Shown one piece after another: positions 36,107-44,300 of a DNA stretch of 64,000 nucleotides. The notes under the pieces were generated by a model, which saw only the letters and a program-made list of their open reading frames with translations, searched no databases and was not told the DNA's origin. The stretch spans positions 2,501,219-2,565,218 of the forward strand of contig OY764155.1 of the NCBI GenBank assembly GCA_963668275.2, written 5' to 3'. Source of the DNA: Dehalococcoidia bacterium (GTDB lineage Bacteria; Chloroflexota; Dehalococcoidia; Lucifugimonadales; UBA1123). The stretch's first letter is position 1. Every line of letters begins with the position of its first letter. The position numbers and the translations under genes are program-made.

Positions 36107-37825
36107 CTACTCGGCGGGCGCCGCCGACCGGCGGCGGTCGTCTTCTATCGCGGCTACTTCTTCGCCGCGTTCCACGTCAACCCACTTGAGGATGATGACG
36201 CCCGCGACTATCATCACCAGCAGGGACGTGATAGCCACGCGGGTGTCGAATACGGCGGTCAGAAGGACGTATATCATCGGGCCGACGATGACCGATACCC
36301 TGCTCATGAATCCGAAGAACGAGAAGAACTCGCCGCTCCGGGTTTCCGGGGTTATCCGAGCGAACAGGCTTCTGGCGAGCGCCTGGCTGCCGCCCAGCGC
36401 TATTCCGGCCACTACTCCGAGGAGCAGCCACTGGTAATTCGCGTTCATGCCCAGCGGCTCCCACACCGTATCGCGCACGAATATGGTCCACCAGTCCATA
36501 GCTCCCTCGCCCAGCGTGGAGGGATGCAGCGCGCCGACCTGTGTCTCGCCGTCCAGGTCGCCGCTCGTTATGGAGATCGAGTACGCGGAGTTTTCGGACA
36601 GCCGGACGCTCTCGCTCAGTTCGCGGGCCTGGCGTCCGGTGAGGGCGTCGCCCTCGCCCAGTTCGCCCACTTCCTCCCTCCAGCGGGTATCCAGGAGCGA
36701 GTCGTCCAGGTCGGGGGCGCTGTCCAAGATGTACTCTCCCGAACCGGAGCGCTGGCTGAGTTGATAATCGAAGTCCGCGTGATCCTCCGGCGGCAGCGGA
36801 GCTATCGCCACCCCGAACAGCACTATCAGGCACCATATCGCGAGCGCGAGCGCGAGCGCCGCCTTGGTACTGAATCGAGCGGCCAACTTTCCGAATAGGA
36901 TCGCTCCGGGCGCGGCGATGAATTGGATGATCAGAATGGTCGCCATGTTGAAGACGATTGAGATGCCGAGCGTGTCGGCGGCGAAGGCGCCGGCTATGCT
37001 CAATACGGTCTGGAGTCCGTCGTTGAATACCAGATACGCGATCAGGTAAGTCAGGACGACCTTGAAGCGTCTCAGTTCCCGGAAAGTCCGGGCCAAGTCC
37101 GAGAACGCGATGGAGAGGTAGTCCAGCGCACTTACGCCCCGCGTACGGTTGACTATTGGAGGCTCCGGCACCACCAACAGCGTCCATATCGCCCAGCCGA
37201 ACCACCAGAAGCCCACCGACGCCAGAGAGACGCGCGTCACCAGGTCGGCGATTTCGGTGTCCTGCGTGAGAAACAACGCGGCCAGATGAACAATGAGCAG
37301 CAGGCCGCCGCCCACGTAGCCGTACGCGAAGCCGCGGCTGCTTATGTCGTCCAGAAGATGGCGCGGCCCGATGTGGGGCAGAAACGAGTTGTAGAACACG
37401 ATTCCGCCCGAGAACCCGATGTTCGCTATCAGGAATACTCCGAATACCCACAGCCAGGGTTGCGAAGTGTACGCCGAGAAGAAGGACAGAACGGTGAACA
37501 GCGAACCGACCGCGGTGTATATCCACAGGAGCGCCTTCTTGATAGGAACCCGGTCCGCGATTACGCCCAGCACGGGGCTGGACAGCGCGACTATCGCGGT
37601 GGAGACGGCGATCCCGAGGCTCCACATGGAGCTTCCGGTGAACGTTACGCCGAAGAATACGGCGTCATGTCCAAGGGCGTCCTGAAACAGAAAGACGAAG
37701 TAGAACGGGAGTATCGTGGTCGCGCCGCTGGTAGCGTACCCCGAGTTCGCCCAGTCGTACATACACCAGGCGCGGATTATCTTTCTCTGTCTCGCGGTCA
37801 GTTCGCCGATACTGGCAGTTGACAT
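36107..37825 (-). CDS. MFS transporter, UMF1/Atg22-like, with a ~120-aa soluble insertion
   Basis: RAWCMYDWANSGY N-terminal signature. The acidic insertion spans residues ~343-462 (nt 36440-36799). Confidence 0.7.
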   Translation of the reverse strand: MSTASIGELTARQRKIIRAWCMYDWANSGYATSGATTILPFYFVFLFQDALGHDAVFFGVTFTGSSMWSLGIAVSTAIVALSSPVLGVIADRVPIKKALLWIYTAVGSLFTVLSFFSAYTSQPWLWVFGVFLIANIGFSGGIVFYNSFLPHIGPRHLLDDISSRGFAYGYVGGGLLLIVHLAALFLTQDTEIADLVTRVSLASVGFWWFGWAIWTLLVVPEPPIVNRTRGVSALDYLSIAFSDLARTFRELRRFKVVLTYLIAYLVFNDGLQTVLSIAGAFAADTLGISIVFNMATILIIQFIAAPGAILFGKLAARFSTKAALALALAIWCLIVLFGVAIAPLPPEDHADFDYQLSQRSGSGEYILDSAPDLDDSLLDTRWREEVGELGEGDALTGRQARELSESVRLSENSAYSISITSGDLDGETQVGALHPSTLGEGAMDWWTIFVRDTVWEPLGMNANYQWLLLGVVAGIALGGSQALARSLFARITPETRSGEFFSFFGFMSRVSVIVGPMIYVLLTAVFDTRVAITSLLVMIVAGVIILKWVDVERGEEVAAIEDDRRRSAAPAE

Positions 37826-37903
37826 ATCACCTTCTTTGGCTGGGAGGGATTGTATCGCTGGAATCGCTCGCTCGGAGCGGTCATATAGTAATACAGCCCA
37901 ACC

Positions 37904-37975
37904 GCTATTGCCAGACGGAAGAGACGCCGCGCGATGTCCGCTATTGCCAGACGGAAGAGACGCCGCGCGATGTCC
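37904..37975 (+). repeat. perfect 2 x 36-bp tandem repeat
   Basis: gctattgccagacggaagagacgccgcgcgatgtcc occurs twice head to tail (37904-37939 and 37940-37975). Confidence 0.9.
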
Positions 37976-38029
37976 GCTCAGGTTTCCTGATCACCCCCAT
38001 CCCCGTATCAAGTACGGGGCAGGCTCTAA

Positions 38030-38170
38030 CCTTCCCCCATCAAGGGCTCACAAGGGTAGGCAAATATGCGGTCAGCTATGAACACCGATCAACAAACCCC
38101 CTCTCCCTCAGGGAGAGGGCTGGGGTGAGGGTGAAATGCCTACCCCTATCAGCCCATCAAGGGGGAAAGG
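38030..38170 (+). repeat. MITE-like composite element, full copy
   Basis: The left arm 38030-38062 (ccttcccccatcaagggctcacaagggtaggca) pairs with the reverse complement of 38137-38170. Central hairpin ccctctccc-tca-gggagaggg. Confidence 0.75.
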
Positions 38171-38246
38171 GGCTTACGCAATCGTCTCTGGCGGGATTGA
38201 GCATTGACACAGCGGCGCTGACTATGTTATTCAATGTACGCTACAC

Positions 38247-38273
38247 ATATAATGATATGAAGTATCATTATAT
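38247..38273. promoter_or_regulatory. perfect 11-bp-arm palindrome in the AT-rich region upstream of the giant gene
   Basis: atataatgata-tgaag-tatcattatat. Lies in a ~175-bp AT-rich stretch (38215-38391). GGAG RBS before ATG 38392. Confidence 0.35.
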
Positions 38274-38391
38274 TATAGAAAACATGGAAATACACCCGGA
38301 CTTTCATAGCTTCAGGGTAGCCAAATTCTATGATGTATTGATATTTAGTACCATTTAAGCGAGTCCAAACCCTGGCCTCAAGGAGATAGGA

Positions 38392-41300
38392 ATGAATTCC
38401 CAGTCACGAACCTCCCCCAGTGTTCTAGCACGTAGAATTCTATTCGTCTTGGCGTCCATAGCCCTCGCCGTCATAGCGGGGCTGGTCGCCCTTTCGCTGT
38501 TCACAGGCCCGTCCACGGTCAGCGCCAAGTCGCCCGGCCTCGTAATCGAAGGCGACATCGTGAGCGGCTCAGACATCATCTTGATGGAAAACGCCTGGCG
38601 CTCCTACACCGTCCGGCTCGCCAGCCAGCCCCTCACCGACGTAACCGTAACGCTATCCCCGCATGAAGACTACAACCAGAAAGTCCACGCCCAGTGGGGC
38701 AGTTCTTCTAACCCCAGCGTTAAGACGACCACCTTCACCGCCGACAACTGGAACACGCCGCAGACCGTTCAGGTCTGGGGATGGGGCGACCACAACGAGG
38801 TCACCGACAGAGAGGTAATCACCCACGTCGCCAGGGACGACGGAAAATCCTCAACAGTCGCCAGGCTCTACGCCTACATCCAGGACCAGACCGGACCGGC
38901 CGTGACCCTCCCAACCCCCACCGCCACGCCCGTCGCGACCGCCACCCCCGCGCCCAAGGTCAGCATAATCGTCACCACGCCCGACGAATACGTGGAGGAT
39001 CGCAAAGACTCCAACGGCGACATCTTCAAGGGTATGCGCGTCGCAAAGGGCGGCTCCGCCACCTTCGGCATTAGGCTGGGGTCTAAGCCCACCGCCGACG
39101 TGCCGGTCGAACTCTATGAGTACGGCGACTCGCTGGGCACCATCCACTACGATCCCGGCAGCGTAACCTTCACCCCCGACGACTGGGACACGGACCAGAC
39201 TATCACCGTCAGTTCCACCAACACGCCCGAAGGACGCAGCGGCAACTCCGCCGACCTGCTCATCCGAACCGGCGATACCGACGACACAAGCGGCTACTAC
39301 AACCTGCTGCCCTGGGTCTATCACCGCGTTTACGAGATCGAACCGCCCGCCATCCGGCTGCAGCCCACCGCCGTCACCGTGGACGAAGGCTCATCCTACT
39401 CGTATTCCGTCTGGCTGAACACCCAGCCCACGGCGGACGTGACCGTAACCATAGCCGGAGGCTCCGGCGACTCCGACCTCACCGTCAGCCCAACGACGCT
39501 GACCTTCACCACAGCCAACTGGGACTATACCCAGTCGGTACGGGTGTCCGCCGCCCACGACGACGACCTTGCGAACGGCTCCCGGACTTTCAGCCACACC
39601 GCCTCCAGCAACGACACGTCCTACGATGGCCTCTCCATCTCGCTCACCGCGACCGAGAAGGAAGACGACAGCGCGTCCATCGTGGTGTCGGCGACCTCCG
39701 TGTCCGTACCCGAAGGCGCGACCGCCGGCTACAACGTCCGTCTGAGCAACGAGCCTTCAGGCGACGTTACCGTAACCCTCTCGGCGACCGGCGACTCCAA
39801 CATCACGCTCTCGGCGGCCTCGCTCGACTTCACCTCTTCCAACTGGAGAGTGGCGAAGACGGTCACCCTGACCGCCGCCGAAGACACCGACGACCTGAAC
39901 GGAACCAAGGCCATCCGCCACACCGCCAGCGGCGCGGATTTCGGCGGCGCGCCCGCCGTAGCCGTCACCGCCACCGAAGCGGACAACGACAGGCGCGGCC
40001 TGGCTGTGAAGCGGCCCGGCTGGCCGCTCACCATCAACCCGACGACGTGGGACCCGGTCATCGCCGAGGGCGGTTCGTACTCCTACACCGTCAAGCTGGG
40101 CACCGAACCCACGGCGGACGTGACCGTCGCGCTGTCCGCGTCCGGCGACCCCGACGTCTCCGTCTTGCCCACTTCGCTCATCTTCAACTCCGGCAACTAC
40201 TCCACGGCGCAGACCGTAACCATATCAGCGGCGCACGACGACACCGACTACGCAGACGATACGGCGACCGTCAGCCACACGGTAAGCTCTCAAGATTCCT
40301 TCTACGTCGAACAGTCCATCGGCGACGTGGCGGTGACGGTGGAGGATGACGACGCGAACATCATCCTGTCCACGACCACGCTCACCGTCCCAGAAGGCGG
40401 CTCGGCGAGTTACACGGTCGGGCTTACCAACAAGCCGACCGCCGACGTCACCGTGACCATCGCGGAAGGAACGACCGCGCCCCACGACGACACCAGCATC
40501 CGGGTGAGCAGCCCGTCGAACAAGAATCTCACCTTCACCCCCGACAACTGGGACACGCCGCAGACCGTCACCCTGCGAGCCAATTCGGACTCGGACAGAA
40601 ACGCGAACAACCACGAATTCAACGGAACCCGCGCCATCACGCACACCGCGTCCGGCGCGACCGAGTTCGTCGGCGTATCCGGTTCGCTGATAGCGACCGA
40701 GCGCGACTCGCAGGCGCGCGTCCTGACCAGAAACAGCGCCAACAGCAATATCAGCAGCCTGACTGTGGTAGAAGAGACCACCTCCACCTACGCGGTGTCT
40801 CTGAACGCGCAGCCGGCGGCGAACGTAACCGTCACCCTGGCCGAAGCCACGAGCGGCAACTACACCGACGCCGACATCACGGTCGCCAACCCATCGAGCA
40901 AGACGCTGACCTTCACGCCGCAGAACTACGCCACCGCGCAGACGGTGACGCTGAGCGCCGCCGCGGACCAAGACATGGCGGACGGGCGCAGAACCATAAC
41001 CCACACGGCGAGCGACGCGGGCAGTACACACAGCGGCTACGGCTCCGTAAACGGCTCCGCCATAGCTAAGGACATAACCGCGCGAGAGGACGACAACGAC
41101 ACTGGTGGTCTGGAGTTCGCGGACTCCGGCGGCAGCGCCGTCACAGCCTTGAGCGTACCCGAAAACGGCTCGGCGACCTACAAGGTCAGGCTGACCCACA
41201 AGCCCAACGGCAACGTGAACGTCTCTGTACGCGGCGCGACGGGCGACAACAACGACACGGACATCACCGTGCGGGACACCAACGATTCCCAGAACGGCAA

Positions 41301-44300
41301 CCAGACCGGCTCGATACGATTCACCGCGAACAACTGGGACACCTACCGCTCCGTTACGCTGGCGGCCGCGGACGACGACGACAACGACAACGGTTCGCGC
41401 GCCATCAACCACACGGCGAACGGCGGCGGATACAGCAACGTCACAGGCTCGGTGACCGCCAACGAGGTGGAGGACGACGCCGCCATCGTACTGAGCAAGC
41501 CAGCCATAACCATAGGCGAGGGCAGCACCTCAACCTACACCGTCAAGCTAGGCACCGCGCCCACCGCGAACGTGACCGTGAACCTTATCGCCACGGGATG
41601 GGACACCAGCATCACCATCCAGAGCCCGTCGTCCGGGCAACTGACCTTCTGCCCCACCACCAGCAACTGCGCCAGCCCCAACACCGTTTGGAGCGCGGCG
41701 CAGACCGTAACCCTTGCCGCCGCGGAGGACACCGACGGCATCAATGCCTCCCGGCGCATCAGGCACCGCGCCGCCAGCTCGGACGCCAACTACAACAACT
41801 TGGTGGTATTCCTGACCGCCACCGAGGTGGAGAACGACAAGGGCATACTGGTACCCGGCTTCGTGGACGTGCCTGAAGGCGGCAGCGCAACCGCTGATGT
41901 CAGTCTGCACGTTCAGCCGACGCACGACGTCACCGTTACGATTACGGAGAATACGACCGGATGGGGTATTGATCCCGACATAACCGTCACCAGCCCGTCG
42001 TCCAAGACGCTGACCTTCACCAGTTCCAACTGGAACATAGCGCAGACCGTAACCCTGAGCGCCGCGCAGGACGACGACTTCGATGGCGGCAGCCGGAACA
42101 TCAATTTCAGCGCCGCCAGTACGGACGCCGGCTACCAAGGCGCGTCCGCCCTGCTTTTCGCTATTGAAGAAGACGACGATGTCGGCCTCGTGCTTAACCC
42201 GGCTACTGTCAGCGTGAACGAAGCCGGCGTCGGAACCTACCGAATCAGGCTGAGCCACAAGCCCGTCGGCGACGTCTATGTCTCCGTGAGAGTGGCCACC
42301 GGTAGCGGACAAGATACAGACATCACCGTCAAGGACACCGACGATTCCCAGAACGGCGACCAGACCGGCTCGATACGATTCACCACCACCAACTGGAACA
42401 CCTACCGCACCGTCACCCTGGCCGCCCGGGAAGACAACGACATCGTAAACGGCTCCCGTACCATCAACCACACCGCCAGCGGCGGCAGGTACAACGGCGT
42501 TACCGGAACGGTGACCGCCACCGAGGTGGAGAACGACTACACCATCGTACTAAGCAAGTCAGCCGTAACCATAGACGAGGGCAGCACGGCAACCTACACC
42601 GCCATGCTGGCGACCCAGCCCACCGCCAACGTGACCGTAACGGTTGCGGGGGCCACCACGGGCAGATACACCGACACCGACATCACGGCAGCGCCGTCGT
42701 CCCTGGCCTTCACCAGTACCACCTGGAATACTGCCCAGACTGTCACGCTGACCGCGGCGAATGACAGAGACCGCTCCGACGGCTCGCGCACCATCACCCA
42801 CACCGCTACCAGCACGGACGCCAACTACAACAACCTGGCGGTCTCCCTGCTGGCCAGCGAGGAGGACGACGACAGTCCGGGCGACCGCGACACGCTCCGG
42901 GATTTGACCCTGAACTCGTCCAATTCCTATCCATACGACATCTGGTCGGACGGAACCACCATGTACGTGATGGACGACAGCGACGACAAGGTGTACGCCT
43001 ACACCCTGAGCGGCGGCGCGCGGGACACGTCCAAGGAGTTCGACCTGCACTCCGCCAACAGCAATCCCAAGGGCATCTGGTCGGACGGTACAACCATCTG
43101 GGTTGCGGACCGGACTGACAGGAAGCTGTACGCCTACACTCTGAGCGGCGGCGCGCGGAACACGTCCAAGGAATTCAACCTGTTTAGCGGCAACCACAGC
43201 GCCGTGGGTATCTGGTCCAATGGCGCGACCATGTACGTGGCGAACGACTCATCCTGGGGCGCCGACCGGGTGTACGCCTACAACCTGTCCAGCGGCACCC
43301 GCGACACCACTAAGGAGTTCGCCCTGCACAGCGACAACACCAATGTCGAAGGCATTTGGTCTGACGGCGTGACCATCTGGACGTCGGATGACAGCGACGA
43401 CAAGCTGTACGCCTACACCCTGAGCAGCGGCGCGCGGAACACGTCCAGGGAGTTCGCCCTGCACTCCGACAACGGCGATCCCACCGGCATTTGGTCGGAC
43501 AGCGCGACTATCTGGGTGGCGGACTACAGCGATGGCAAGCTGTACACCTACCACTCGCCACCGCTCACCCGGAGCCTGAGCGCAGACGACGCGACGGCGA
43601 GCTCGATGCGGCTGACCATCGCCTGGCACACCGGGAACTGGTGGTACAAGTACACGTCCCCGTCCGGCGGGCAATGCTCCGCCAACCCGGTTACCACGGC
43701 GTCCACCAGGGTCACCGGGCTTGCCCCTGACCGGACCTACACCTTCGCGGCGTACAGCGACAGTTCCTGCTCCAGCTCAAAGTTGCTGGCGACGGCAAGC
43801 GCGCTAGAAACCAGAGGCTCGCGCCTGACGCTTTCCAACTTCAGCACGACGACGAACGCCTACGACGTGACGCTTACCCTCGCCAACTGGGTCATCAGTA
43901 AGGACGGCAACTGGTACTACAAGACCCAGCTTTCCGGTTCTCGAGGAAATTGCGTCCAGGCCTCGACCAATCCTTACACTGTGGATGACTTCAGCTTCTC
44001 GGCCAACGAGACCCATACGTTCTCCGCTTACAGCGACAGCGCCTGCGGCAGCGCCTCGAAAATAGCCTCCGCGCCATCCTTCAAGCCCAGCGACGGAACG
44101 CCGGCCCTCGCGGCAGGTTCCATCACCCTCACCGGCGCGACGCTGACGCTGAGCAACTTCAGCGGCGCCTGGTGGCACAACTCGGGCTACGGAGCGACCG
44201 GTTGCGCGCGGGCCAGTTCCAATACTGCCACCCTGAGCGACCTTGCGGCGGGCAAGTCCTACACCTACTACGCATTCAGCGCGTCGGGCTGCGCGCAGGC

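Noticed and set aside
37904-37975. Possible two-repeat CRISPR remnant (36-bp repeat length is CRISPR-like)
   Set aside because: The two copies are contiguous with no spacer, and there is no leader or cas context.
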